From NCBI RefSeq assembly GCF_038396635.1, contig NZ_CP121687.1, forward strand, positions 2,384,592 through 2,408,591: a stretch of 24,000 nt of DNA, in the 5' to 3' direction. Origin of the DNA: Defluviitalea saccharophila. GTDB taxonomy: Bacteria > Bacillota > Clostridia > Lachnospirales > Defluviitaleaceae. Of the stretch, positions 8,637 to 17,512 are shown in pieces. The notes beneath the pieces are model-generated. The model was not told the origin of the DNA. It worked only from the letters and a program-made list of their open reading frames with translations, and did no database searches. The position numbers and the translations under genes were made by a program. How positions within the stretch are numbered: the first letter of the stretch is position 1; each line of letters starts with the position of its first letter.

Positions 8637-8907
8637 AATAAGGGATACCTCCACTCTATTATTGACTTATTAAAAGCATATAAAGTCTAAAAATTCTTAG
8701 TAAAAAGAGCCTTTTGCTGTGAAAAAGACTGATACAAATTTACTAATGGAGAAATCGTTTTTTCAGCAAATATAATTGTTGTTTAGGTTAATTTTTTATA
8801 GTAGTATAATTATAGGAGGTTGTCGATTATTGGAACCGATTTTCGTATTATGTAAAAATATGTTTATCTAATGAAGTATATATGGTATAATTGGAAGGAG
8901 CAGGTTA

Positions 8908-9744
8908 ATGGAAGAAGTATCATTGCTAAAGCTAATAATTGTGGGACTTCCTGAGACAGTCTTAAACTTATTAATTGGCCTGGTTTTATGTAGAGATAAT
9001 GTAAAGAAAAACTGGAAAAGCTTCATATTAAAAATGTGCATAAGCGTTATTACTATTTTAATTACAATATTTTTTGTTAGGAGTAATATTAATTCTTTAT
9101 TATGGGTTACTGTATATATGGTATTTGTATATACATCTGTATTTAAATATGTGTGGGAGATGAATTATCGTCAAAGTATTTTATCGGCTTGTAGTACAAT
9201 CTTCTTATTAACTTTTTTGGAAACAATAACACTTCCCTTATATACTATGCTGGTAAAAGGTTTGAACTTCACCAATATTTTTGATGGAGGCATGTTATTC
9301 TCACCTTTAATGAGAACATTACATATTATTGTTTTTTTGATATTAACAAGGTGGAATTTGCGAAACAATGAAGTTATTAGTGGTGAGTGGAGCAGACAAA
9401 ACCAGCATTCTAAGATAGCAATTATTATAATTATTATCTCTATGTTTTGGTGTATGGCATCCATGCTTAATTATGTAGATTTTACTTATAAAATATCAGT
9501 GTTTGAAACTGAGGCATCTTTTCTAGTAGGAAATATAAGATTGGTTTTTTGGATGACGATATGGTTTTTTATCTTTTTGTTGGTACTTGCATATTATATT
9601 TTTAGCTTTTTAGATACACAAAAGATGTTTGATATATCTTTAGAAGAAATCCTTAGCACCGTGGGAGACGAGTTGTCTAAGGAGGAGATCAAAGGATATA
9701 TTGACATACTCCAACAAAAGTATAATGAGAAAAGGGGGGAGTAA
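8908..9744 (+). CDS. 7-TM membrane protein, AgrC-sensor-like topology without a kinase domain (278 aa)
   Basis: RBS GGAAGGAG. There are about seven hydrophobic helices over residues ~5-235, then a 45-aa charged helical tail with no His and no ATPase motifs. The stop TAA (9742-9744) is 1 nt from the agrD ATG. Confidence 0.75.
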   Translation: MEEVSLLKLIIVGLPETVLNLLIGLVLCRDNVKKNWKSFILKMCISVITILITIFFVRSNINSLLWVTVYMVFVYTSVFKYVWEMNYRQSILSACSTIFLLTFLETITLPLYTMLVKGLNFTNIFDGGMLFSPLMRTLHIIVFLILTRWNLRNNEVISGEWSRQNQHSKIAIIIIIISMFWCMASMLNYVDFTYKISVFETEASFLVGNIRLVFWMTIWFFIFLLVLAYYIFSFLDTQKMFDISLEEILSTVGDELSKEEIKGYIDILQQKYNEKRGE

Positions 9745-9745
9745 G

Positions 9746-9877
9746 ATGAAAAGAAGATTACTAGTTATTTTAGGAACAATCGCTACTTTTATGGCTGCTT
9801 TTACCGTTACAGCTGGTGCATGTACAATTTTTCATGGTGAAACTCAGGTTCCTGAAGCACTCCAAAAAGACCTATAA
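9746..9877 (+). CDS. agrD: AgrD-type autoinducing peptide precursor (43 aa). Not in the ORF track
   Basis: Translation: MKRRLLVILGTIATFMAAFTVTAGACTIFHGETQVPEALQKDL. RBS GGGGGGAG. It has an amphipathic/hydrophobic leader, a single Cys followed by 4 residues (CTIFH), and an acidic tail. The tail's Pro is 6 residues after the ring end (GETQVPEAL), the same spacing as S. aureus DEVEVPKEL. Confidence 0.8.
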   Translation: MKRRLLVILGTIATFMAAFTVTAGACTIFHGETQVPEALQKDL

Positions 9878-9885
9878 GAATCAAG

Positions 9886-9913
9886 ATAACGGGAAGCTTT
9901 TCCTTCCCGTTAT
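9886..9913 (+). terminator. Stem-loop after agrD (weak terminator, attenuator or processing site)
   Basis: ataacgggaag / cttcccgttat forms an 11-bp stem with a ~6-nt loop. The downstream U-tract is poor (tctcgtg), so termination is probably partial. Confidence 0.35.
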
Positions 9914-9933
9914 TCTCGTGAAGGGGTGATGTA

Positions 9934-10341
9934 ATGAATGTATTTATCGCTCATCGGGTTCATAATATGCAAAGAGATTTGATCATTGAAAAAACAGAAG
10001 AGTTGTTATCCAAGATTAACTGTACCCAAGACAGTAAAGAGTATTTAAAAACTTTAATTGTAGAATTGGTAACCGGTAATTTTTATTCGATGACAAAAAA
10101 CAAGCAGTGGTCGGTTTATCAGATTTTAAAGATTCGAATAAGACAAAATGAAAGGACCATCTTAAACCATGCGACCAAGGCAATAGAAGACATTCAACTG
10201 GATAATGAAACCAGAAATTGTCTCAATAGTTTAGGCATACAGGGAGAAATAAAAGTAGCTAAGTTTTTAAAGGCAGCTGCACAAGAAGTACAAAAGCAAG
10301 TAGAACAAGAAAAAAGGCAAAAGGGAACTTGGATTGGGTGA
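9934..10341 (+). CDS. Hypothetical cytoplasmic helical protein (135 aa) between agrD and agrB
   Basis: ATG at 9934 is 7 nt after AAGGGG. There is no TM segment and the C-terminus is Lys/Glu-rich. The stop lies 4 nt before the agrB ATG. I recognise no family. Confidence 0.65.
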   Translation: MNVFIAHRVHNMQRDLIIEKTEELLSKINCTQDSKEYLKTLIVELVTGNFYSMTKNKQWSVYQILKIRIRQNERTILNHATKAIEDIQLDNETRNCLNSLGIQGEIKVAKFLKAAAQEVQKQVEQEKRQKGTWIG

Positions 10342-10345
10342 AAAA

Positions 10346-10915
10346 ATGAGTATAATAGACCATACAGCAGAAAAGCTTGCATATCAAATAAAAAAAGCTT
10401 CTCCAAATACGGATGAACAAATAGTAAAATATTATTATACCAGAGTACTTAATCATCTTATTTTTTATTTGATGTGTATACCTTTAATCATTTTGCTGAA
10501 TTTAAAAGTATCTTCATTTATTATTATTTTAATAAGTTATACTCTTTTGCGTAGATGCTTTGGCGGTTCTCATCTTGAAAGCGATATTGGATGTTTAATA
10601 TTAAGTTTGGTAACAATGCTTGGAGGGACTTGGGTATCAAATTACATTAAGCCCTCTATTGCTCTTATTATTGCAATATATATGCTTACTCTTGCAGTAA
10701 TTCAATGGACCGGACTTGTAGATTCCCCTAAAAAAAGAATTGTGAAATTACGGGCGGCATTTATAAGACAAGGCTATTTTACAATCGCCTGCTTAGGCAT
10801 GATTACTTTTATATTATATAGTTTTGATAAGACCAGGGCTATGACAAATCCTGTATTAGTTGGAATAGTCATAGAATTAGTCAGTTTGGTCATTGGGAAA
10901 ATTAGATACAGATAG
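10346..10915 (+). CDS. agrB: AgrB-family AgrD-processing membrane peptidase
   Basis: LLRRCFGGSHLESDIGC has His and Cys 7 residues apart, as in S. aureus AgrB (RRHAHGAHAPSSFWC; catalytic H77/C84). It also has the VDSPKKRI motif and multiple TM helices. ATG at 10346. The tracker's 10334 start is a GTG extension. Confidence 0.85.
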   Translation: MSIIDHTAEKLAYQIKKASPNTDEQIVKYYYTRVLNHLIFYLMCIPLIILLNLKVSSFIIILISYTLLRRCFGGSHLESDIGCLILSLVTMLGGTWVSNYIKPSIALIIAIYMLTLAVIQWTGLVDSPKKRIVKLRAAFIRQGYFTIACLGMITFILYSFDKTRAMTNPVLVGIVIELVSLVIGKIRYR

Positions 10916-10925
10916 GAAGTATAAT

Positions 10926-11165
10926 ATGAATATTTACAAGCTCATTGAAGAGCATGAAGAAGAGTTGAAAAATGATCTTGAAATCAGAATGTCAAATGTT
11001 CTAAACAAACCAATCACCATTTCGGATGAACAGTGGCATAAGATTATTCAGGGAACCATGGAGGACATTGAATATAACATGGTATCCTTTAATAGGGACA
11101 TAGATAAAGAGTATGTGCTTGAAACCATGAAATCAATCATAGAACTTCATATATTAAGAATTTAG
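10926..11165 (+). CDS. Hypothetical small acidic protein (79 aa) downstream of agrB
   Basis: ATG at 10926 is 6 nt after AGGAAG and 10 nt after the agrB stop. The protein (MNIYKLIEEHEEELKNDLE...) is acidic, probably helical, and has no Cys and no TM segment. Confidence 0.6.
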   Translation: MNIYKLIEEHEEELKNDLEIRMSNVLNKPITISDEQWHKIIQGTMEDIEYNMVSFNRDIDKEYVLETMKSIIELHILRI

Positions 11166-11200
11166 AAACCGGTGGAGTTATTTCAGTAACTAAGCCGGTT

Positions 11201-11340
11201 ATTTTATTACATAGGAAATTCCTTCGGATTTCCTATGCAATAAAAAGCCCTTCGGGCAGAATGCACACTCGCGCGCATTGTTTTTGTCGGCTTTGCCGAC
11301 CGCGCTCGGCGCTAGAGCTTCGCTTGCGAAGCTCTTTCTT
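11201..11340. repeat. Structured intergenic repeat, copy B, with two extra hairpins
   Basis: 11201-11291 aligns to 4931-5021. The same hairpin is present, ttattacataggaaat / atttcctatgcaataa (11204-11243), with one A-C mismatch. It is followed by gtcggc-ttt-gccgac (11285-11299) and agagcttcgc/gcgaagctct (11314-11335), then a T-rich run. This probably also serves as the terminator of the agr-region operon. Confidence 0.8.
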
Positions 11341-11420
11341 GTTGCCACTTTTTTATAGTATACATATCCTATATACTTTTTACACAAAATAAAAAGAAAA
11401 TTTGTATAGGAGAGACTGAA

Positions 11421-12935
11421 ATGGTAAAAGAGAAATCAAATTCTTATTGGATTGCTTCCACCAAAGAGACCAATTACCCTCAGCTTTCAGAGGATATATC
11501 TGTTGACGTTGCCATTATCGGCGGAGGGATGGTTGGCATTAGTTCTGCCTGGTATTTAAAAAAAGAAGGATTAAAGGTTGCCGTTATAGAAGCCAAAAAG
11601 ATTTTAGAAGGGGTAACAGGAAATACTACGGCAAAAATTACGGCACAGCATCACCTGATCTACGATACTCTTATTAAAAAATTTGGAGAAAACATAGCAC
11701 AGCAATATGCCAATGCAAATTTATGGGCCATAGAAGAGATTGCTAAGATCATTAATGAAAATGGCATAGACTGTGATTTTATAAGACAGCCGGCTTATAT
11801 TTATACCCAGTCGGAAGACTATATAAAGCAGATCGAAGACGAGGTTAAGGCTGCACAAAAATTAGGCATCAATGCTTCCTTTGAGTCAAATCTTCCTCTG
11901 CCTTTTTCCATTAAGGGCGCCATGAGATTTGACAATCAGGCTCAATTTCATCCAAGAAAATACCTGCTTCCCTTGGCGGAAAAAATTCCAGGGGACGGAA
12001 GCTTCATATTTGAGAATACAAGAATGAAAAATATAGAAGGAGAAAACCCTTATACAGTCATTACCACAAGTGGGAAAATTACTGCGAAATACGTTATTAT
12101 TGCATCTCACTTCCCTGTATACGATCATTTTGGATTCTATTTTGCCAGAATGTATGAATCAAGAACCTATGCCTTAGGTATGAAGATCAAAGAGAAATTC
12201 CCCGGGGGCATGTATCTTTCTGCAGAAAGTCCAAGCCGTTCTCTTCGTTCACAGCCTTATGAAGATAGTGAACTAGTAATTCTTGTAGGAGAGGAGCATA
12301 AGACAGGGCAGCATAAGGAAGCATCAGAACATTACAGAAAGTTAGAGGCATTTGCCCGTGAACACTATGAGGTAGAAGATATTTTATATCATTGGTCTGC
12401 CCAGGATTGTATGCCCCTTGACGATATTCCTTACATCGGACGTATTACTTCAACCGCAGCCAATATGTATGTGGCTACAGGGTTTAAAAAATGGGGAATG
12501 ACCCACAGCGTTGTAGGAGCAGCCATTATTAGAGACCAAATTCTGAACAGACAAAACCCTTGGGAAGAAGTATATAATCCTTCAAGGTTTACCCTTAAGC
12601 AGTCGGCTAAGAAATTCTTTGAAATCAATGCAGATGTGGCAAAGGAACTTATTTCAGGGAAATTAGAAATTCCTCAAGATACCCTAAAGGATTTAAAAGA
12701 AGAAGAAGGCTCAGCCATTGAGATTGAAGGCAGAAGAATAGGCGCGTATAAAGACCATAAGGGAGAAATACATCTAGTAGATACCACTTGCAGTCATATG
12801 GGATGTGAATTAAAATGGAACGATGCTGAAAAGACATGGGACTGTCCTTGCCATGGTTCAAGATTTACCTACAATGGAGAGGTTATAGAAGGTCCGGCAG
12901 TTAATCCTCTGCAAAGACTAAAAATACGAGAATAA
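11421..12935 (+). CDS. FAD-dependent oxidoreductase fused to a C-terminal Rieske [2Fe-2S] domain (YhfW-like)
   Basis: N-terminal dinucleotide-binding motif VAIIGGGMVGISSA. C-terminal Rieske motifs CSHMGC ... CPCHGSRF. RBS AGGAGAG. Confidence 0.8.
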   Translation: MVKEKSNSYWIASTKETNYPQLSEDISVDVAIIGGGMVGISSAWYLKKEGLKVAVIEAKKILEGVTGNTTAKITAQHHLIYDTLIKKFGENIAQQYANANLWAIEEIAKIINENGIDCDFIRQPAYIYTQSEDYIKQIEDEVKAAQKLGINASFESNLPLPFSIKGAMRFDNQAQFHPRKYLLPLAEKIPGDGSFIFENTRMKNIEGENPYTVITTSGKITAKYVIIASHFPVYDHFGFYFARMYESRTYALGMKIKEKFPGGMYLSAESPSRSLRSQPYEDSELVILVGEEHKTGQHKEASEHYRKLEAFAREHYEVEDILYHWSAQDCMPLDDIPYIGRITSTAANMYVATGFKKWGMTHSVVGAAIIRDQILNRQNPWEEVYNPSRFTLKQSAKKFFEINADVAKELISGKLEIPQDTLKDLKEEEGSAIEIEGRRIGAYKDHKGEIHLVDTTCSHMGCELKWNDAEKTWDCPCHGSRFTYNGEVIEGPAVNPLQRLKIRE

Positions 12936-12957
12936 TGTAGAAATATCACTATTTTAT

Positions 12958-12987
12958 TTTACTAAAACGACGCCAATATGATATAAT
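12958..12987 (+). promoter_or_regulatory. Candidate sigma-A promoter of asnA-asnS-tkt
   Basis: -35 TTTACT (12958-12963), 18-nt spacer, extended -10 TGaTATAAT (12979-12987). Confidence 0.4.
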
Positions 12988-13028
12988 GATAAAATTGGAA
13001 TGGAAGAAAGAAGTAAGGGGGAACACGA

Positions 13029-14051
13029 ATGACTGATCAACTTAAATCCTTGATTATACCTGAAGGATATTGCTCGGTATTATCTGTAAGAGAAACTGAA
13101 GCAGCTATAAAAAAATTAAAAGATTACTTTGAAAATAAATTGGCGGAAGCATTAAATTTATCGAGGGTATCTGCACCTTTATTTGTTAAGACCGAAACGG
13201 GATTAAACGATAATTTAAATGGGGTTGAAAGACCGGTTTCATTTGATGTCTACGGCATTGGAGGAAAAACGGTTGAGATCGTACATTCCCTGGCGAAGTG
13301 GAAAAGAATGGCCCTAAAACAATATGGCTTCTCTGTTGGTGAAGGGTTATATACCGATATGAATGCCATAAGAAGGGATGAAGATTTAGACAATTTACAT
13401 TCTGTCTATGTGGACCAATGGGACTGGGAAAAAATCATCACAAAAGAGCAAAGAAATCTTGAAACCTTGAAAGAAATCGTTAGAAAGATATATAATGTAT
13501 TCAAAGATACAGAAAATTACGTAACAAACTTATATCCTGTGATTAAGCCGATTTTACCGGAGGAAATTACGTTTGTTACGACACAGGAATTAGAAGACAG
13601 ATTCCCAAATTTAACTCCTAAAGAAAGAGAAGATGCTATTGCAAAAGAAAACGGAGCTGTTTTTATAATCGGAATCGGTGGGAAACTCAATTCCGGGGAA
13701 AAACACGACGGTCGTTCTCCCGACTATGATGATTGGTCTTTAAATGGAGATATCATCTTTTGGTATCCAGTATTAGATCGATCTTTTGAACTCTCTTCTA
13801 TGGGGATTAGAGTAGATGAAGAAACTCTATTAAAACAACTTCAAATTGCAGGCTGTGAAGAGAGAAAGGAATTAGAGTTTCATAAAAAACTTCTCAAAGG
13901 AGAACTACCTTATACAGTAGGTGGAGGAATCGGTCAATCCAGACTTTGTATGTTTTTCTTAAGAAAAGCTCATATTGGAGAAGTACAGTCCTCCGTATGG
14001 TCGGAAGAAATGATTGACTCCTGCGAAAAAGCTAATATTTATTTACTGTAG
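13029..14051 (+). CDS. asnA: Aspartate-ammonia ligase (asparagine synthetase A)
   Basis: Strong resemblance along its length to E. coli AsnA: [58 protein letters not shown]. Confidence 0.9.
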   Translation: MTDQLKSLIIPEGYCSVLSVRETEAAIKKLKDYFENKLAEALNLSRVSAPLFVKTETGLNDNLNGVERPVSFDVYGIGGKTVEIVHSLAKWKRMALKQYGFSVGEGLYTDMNAIRRDEDLDNLHSVYVDQWDWEKIITKEQRNLETLKEIVRKIYNVFKDTENYVTNLYPVIKPILPEEITFVTTQELEDRFPNLTPKEREDAIAKENGAVFIIGIGGKLNSGEKHDGRSPDYDDWSLNGDIIFWYPVLDRSFELSSMGIRVDEETLLKQLQIAGCEERKELEFHKKLLKGELPYTVGGGIGQSRLCMFFLRKAHIGEVQSSVWSEEMIDSCEKANIYLL

Positions 14052-14089
14052 AGATAAAAAAGATTTATCTAAGAGAGGAGAAGAGTAAA

Positions 14090-15481
14090 GTGAAGTATAT
14101 AATGGTTAAAGAATTATATAGGAAAACAGAAGAATATGCGGATAAGAAAGTAACTGTAGGAGGATGGATAAGAACCGTTCGTTCCTCCAAAACCTTTGGG
14201 TTTATAGAATTAAATGATGGTTCATTTTTTAAAAACGTTCAAATTGTATTTGAAGACACTCTGGAGAACTACCAAGAGGTTTCAAAGCTCAATGTTGGAT
14301 CTGCGATTATTGTAGAAGGAACTCTTGTTCAAACCCCCGAGGCAAAACAGCCTTTTGAAATTAAAGCAAGCTCTATTACAATAGAAGGTACATCTTCTCC
14401 GGAGTATCCTCTTCAGAAGAAAAGACATTCTTTTGAATTCTTAAGAAGCATTGCCCATCTACGCCCCAGAACCAATACTTTTTCAGCAGTATTTAGAGTA
14501 AGATCCTTGGCGGCATATGCAATTCATCAATTCTTTCAAGAAAGAGGATTCGTTTACGTACATACACCTATTATTACTGGAAGTGATGCAGAAGGTGCGG
14601 GAGAAATGTTTCGTGTTTCCACAATGGATTTAAACAATCTTCCAAAGGATCAGGACGGAAACGTAGATTTCAGCAGAGACTTTTTCGGAAGAGAAACCAA
14701 CCTTACGGTAAGCGGACAACTTTCAGCAGAAACCTATGCTATGGCATTTAGAAATGTATATACCTTTGGTCCAACCTTCCGTGCAGAAAATTCCAATACT
14801 GCTAGACATGCGGCAGAGTTCTGGATGATAGAGCCTGAAATGGCCTTTGCAGATTTGAAAGACGACATGGTTTTAGCAGAAGAAATGTTAAAATACATCA
14901 TTCAATACGTTATGGACAATGCTCCGGAAGAAATGGAGTTCTTTAATAACTTTATAGACAACACATTGTTTGAAAGATTAAGCAACATAGTGAACTCTGA
15001 GTTTGGACATATTACTTATACAGAAGCAATAGAACTATTGAAAAAGGCCAATCATCAATTTGAATACCCGGTAGAATGGGGAAGCGACCTTCAAACAGAA
15101 CATGAAAGATATATCACAGAAAAGATCTTTAATAAGCCTGTTTTCGTGACGGATTATCCAAAAGACATTAAAGCATTCTATATGAGACAAAATGATGACG
15201 GAAAAACCGTTGCTGCTATGGACTTATTGGTACCTGGCGTAGGGGAAATTATTGGCGGAAGCCAGAGAGAAGAGCGATTAGATGTATTAGAAAGAAGAAT
15301 CAAAGAATTAAACATGAAAGAAGAAGACTATTGGTGGTATCTTGATACAAGAAGATATGGAGGAACAAGACACGCCGGCTTTGGTCTTGGATTTGAAAGA
15401 GCTATTATGTATATAACGGGAATGTCAAACATAAGAGACGTTATTGCATTCCCCAGAACAGTAAAAAATGCAGAGTTCTAA
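14090..15481 (+). CDS. asnS: Asparaginyl-tRNA synthetase
   Basis: Class IIb aaRS. N-terminal OB fold ([22 protein letters not shown]), [21 protein letters not shown], and C-terminal [11 protein letters not shown] at 14090 follows GAGAGGAGAAG. ATG at 14102 is an alternative start. Confidence 0.9.
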   Translation: MKYIMVKELYRKTEEYADKKVTVGGWIRTVRSSKTFGFIELNDGSFFKNVQIVFEDTLENYQEVSKLNVGSAIIVEGTLVQTPEAKQPFEIKASSITIEGTSSPEYPLQKKRHSFEFLRSIAHLRPRTNTFSAVFRVRSLAAYAIHQFFQERGFVYVHTPIITGSDAEGAGEMFRVSTMDLNNLPKDQDGNVDFSRDFFGRETNLTVSGQLSAETYAMAFRNVYTFGPTFRAENSNTARHAAEFWMIEPEMAFADLKDDMVLAEEMLKYIIQYVMDNAPEEMEFFNNFIDNTLFERLSNIVNSEFGHITYTEAIELLKKANHQFEYPVEWGSDLQTEHERYITEKIFNKPVFVTDYPKDIKAFYMRQNDDGKTVAAMDLLVPGVGEIIGGSQREERLDVLERRIKELNMKEEDYWWYLDTRRYGGTRHAGFGLGFERAIMYITGMSNIRDVIAFPRTVKNAEF

Positions 15482-15508
15482 CAAATCAATACTAAGGAGG
15501 ATCATTCA

Positions 15509-17485
15509 ATGAATAAGATTGAGCAGCTCACTGTCAATACCATACGTGTTTTATCAGCGGAAGCGGTTCAAAAAGCAAATTCTGGACACCCAGGCTTACC
15601 TTTAGGTGCAGCCCCAATGGCATATACCCTCTGGGCAAAACAGTTAAAACATAACCCCCATAATCCAAATTGGGTAAACAGGGATAGATTTGTATTATCA
15701 GCAGGGCATGGCTCCGTGTTATTATATTCTTTACTCCATTTATTTGGATATGGATTAACAATGGATGATTTAAAAAACTTCAGGCAATTTGGAAGCAAAA
15801 CTCCGGGACATCCTGAATACGGTCATACAGCAGGGGTTGAGACTACAACCGGTCCTTTGGGACAGGGAATTGCAACGGCAGTTGGTATGGCAATGGCAGA
15901 AAAGTATTTGGCTGCTCATTTTAATCGTCCCAATTACAATGTTGTAGATCACTATACCTTTGTTTTAGCTGGGGACGGATGTATGATGGAAGGTATTTCA
16001 TCAGAAGCGGCATCCTTAGCAGGAACATTACAATTAGGAAAACTCATTGTATTGTACGATTCTAATAATATTTCCATCGAAGGTGGAACAGATATCGCCT
16101 TTACAGAAAATGTAGGAAAGCGTTTCGAAGCCTTCCACTGGCAGGTTTTAACCGTTGAAGACGGAACGGATATCAATGCGATTAACAAAGCGATTGAAGA
16201 AGCTAAGAAAGAAACCAATAAACCTACTTTAATTGAAATCAAGACACAAATCGGCTATGGCGTTCCGGCTAAACAAGGAAAAGCTTCAGCCCATGGAGAA
16301 CCCTTAGGTGCAGATAATATAACGGCTATGAAAGAATTCTTAGGATGGGAAGAGGGCGAAGAATTCCATGTGCCTTCAGAAGTAAGAGCACATATGGATG
16401 AAATCATAGAAAAAGGCAAAAAAGAAGAAGCAGAGTGGAACGATTTATGGAATAGTTATAAGAATGTCCATCCTGATTTGGCAAAAGAGTGGGAAGTATG
16501 GAACAATACAACCTTGTCTGCCGATCTCCTTAATGACAAAGAATTATGGAGTATTGGCGGCACTATGGCTTCAAGACAAGCTTCAGGAAAAGTAATTAAT
16601 CACTTAGCAAAAGTACTGCCTAACTTCATCGGAGGGTCTGCAGACCTTGCGCCTTCCAATAAAACCTATATGGACGGCAAAGGAGATTTTTCAGCAGAAA
16701 ATCCTGGGGGTGCCAACCTTCATTTTGGGGTAAGAGAACATGCCATGGGCGCTATCCTTAACGGAATGAAAGTCCATGGAGGACTCATTGTATATGGAGG
16801 AACCTTCTTCGTCTTTAGCGATTATATGAAAGCTTCTATGCGTTTATCGGCGCTTATGAATCTTCCTGTAATTTATGTGCTGACACATGACAGCATTGGT
16901 GTTGGTGAAGACGGACCGACCCATCAGCCTATAGAACATCTGGCAGCCCTTAGAAGCATGCCGAACTTTAATGTATTTCGTCCTGCTGACGCTAAAGAAA
17001 CAGTAGCCGGTTGGTATAGTGCATTAACGTCAAGTAAACCAACGGCTTTAATACTTACAAGACAAAATCTACCGGACTTAGGTACTGACGGAAAAGATGC
17101 CCTAAAGGGAGCATACATCCTAAAAGACAGTGAAAATCCAGATATCATCTTAATGGCAACAGGTTCGGAAGTACATCTGATCTCCCAGGCAGCAGATATT
17201 TTAAAAACAAAAGGTATTCATGCAAGAGTTATCAGTATGCCTTCCTGGGAAATCTTTGAAGAACAAAGTGAAGAATATAAAGCCAACCTTCTTCCAAAGC
17301 ATATTACAAAACGCCTTGCTGTGGAAGCGGCTTCATCCTTTGGATGGCATAAATATTTAGGATTTGACGGCAAGATGATTTCTATAGATAGCTTTGGTGC
17401 ATCAGGGCCTGCAGAAACATTGTTTGAGCATTTTGGATTTACGGTTGAAAACATTGTAAAAACCGTGGAAGATATGATGAAGTAA
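15509..17485 (+). CDS. tkt: Transketolase
   Basis: 658 aa. [13 protein letters not shown] (ThDP binding) and [16 protein letters not shown] motifs. RBS AAGGAGG. Confidence 0.92.
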   Translation: MNKIEQLTVNTIRVLSAEAVQKANSGHPGLPLGAAPMAYTLWAKQLKHNPHNPNWVNRDRFVLSAGHGSVLLYSLLHLFGYGLTMDDLKNFRQFGSKTPGHPEYGHTAGVETTTGPLGQGIATAVGMAMAEKYLAAHFNRPNYNVVDHYTFVLAGDGCMMEGISSEAASLAGTLQLGKLIVLYDSNNISIEGGTDIAFTENVGKRFEAFHWQVLTVEDGTDINAINKAIEEAKKETNKPTLIEIKTQIGYGVPAKQGKASAHGEPLGADNITAMKEFLGWEEGEEFHVPSEVRAHMDEIIEKGKKEEAEWNDLWNSYKNVHPDLAKEWEVWNNTTLSADLLNDKELWSIGGTMASRQASGKVINHLAKVLPNFIGGSADLAPSNKTYMDGKGDFSAENPGGANLHFGVREHAMGAILNGMKVHGGLIVYGGTFFVFSDYMKASMRLSALMNLPVIYVLTHDSIGVGEDGPTHQPIEHLAALRSMPNFNVFRPADAKETVAGWYSALTSSKPTALILTRQNLPDLGTDGKDALKGAYILKDSENPDIILMATGSEVHLISQAADILKTKGIHARVISMPSWEIFEEQSEEYKANLLPKHITKRLAVEAASSFGWHKYLGFDGKMISIDSFGASGPAETLFEHFGFTVENIVKTVEDMMK

Positions 17486-17512
17486 ATCATTAAAAATTTA
17501 TAAGTTTTAATA

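Noticed and set aside
8803-8850. A second '-10 + AGGAGG' module (gtataattataggagg) resembling the one in front of the 7-TM gene, followed by a possible 9-11 codon mini-ORF ending at TAA (~8853).
   Set aside because: The only in-frame starts are a TTG directly abutting the RBS (no spacer) or a non-canonical ATT. A leader peptide or duplicated promoter cannot be supported from sequence alone.
9171-9464. 97-aa antisense ORF inside the 7-TM gene. Similar antisense ORFs lie in tkt (15534-16242, 16924-17148), nagA (5878-6114), nagB (6740-6931) and the Rieske gene (11886-12128, 12431-12861).
   Set aside because: They are nested in well-supported conserved genes, lack RBSs and recognisable motifs, and are typical shadow frames.
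11199-11387. 62-aa minus-strand ORF (MCKKYIGYVYYKK...LHRKSEGISYVIK).
   Set aside because: It is read straight through the hairpin-rich repeat element (copy B). It has no RBS, and its 'conservation' with the copy-A region would simply reflect the nucleotide repeat.
12936-13028. Possible T-box riboswitch upstream of asnA/asnS.
   Set aside because: The leader is only 93 nt before asnA and 38 nt before asnS. That is far too short for a T-box, and no specifier or T-box sequence is visible.
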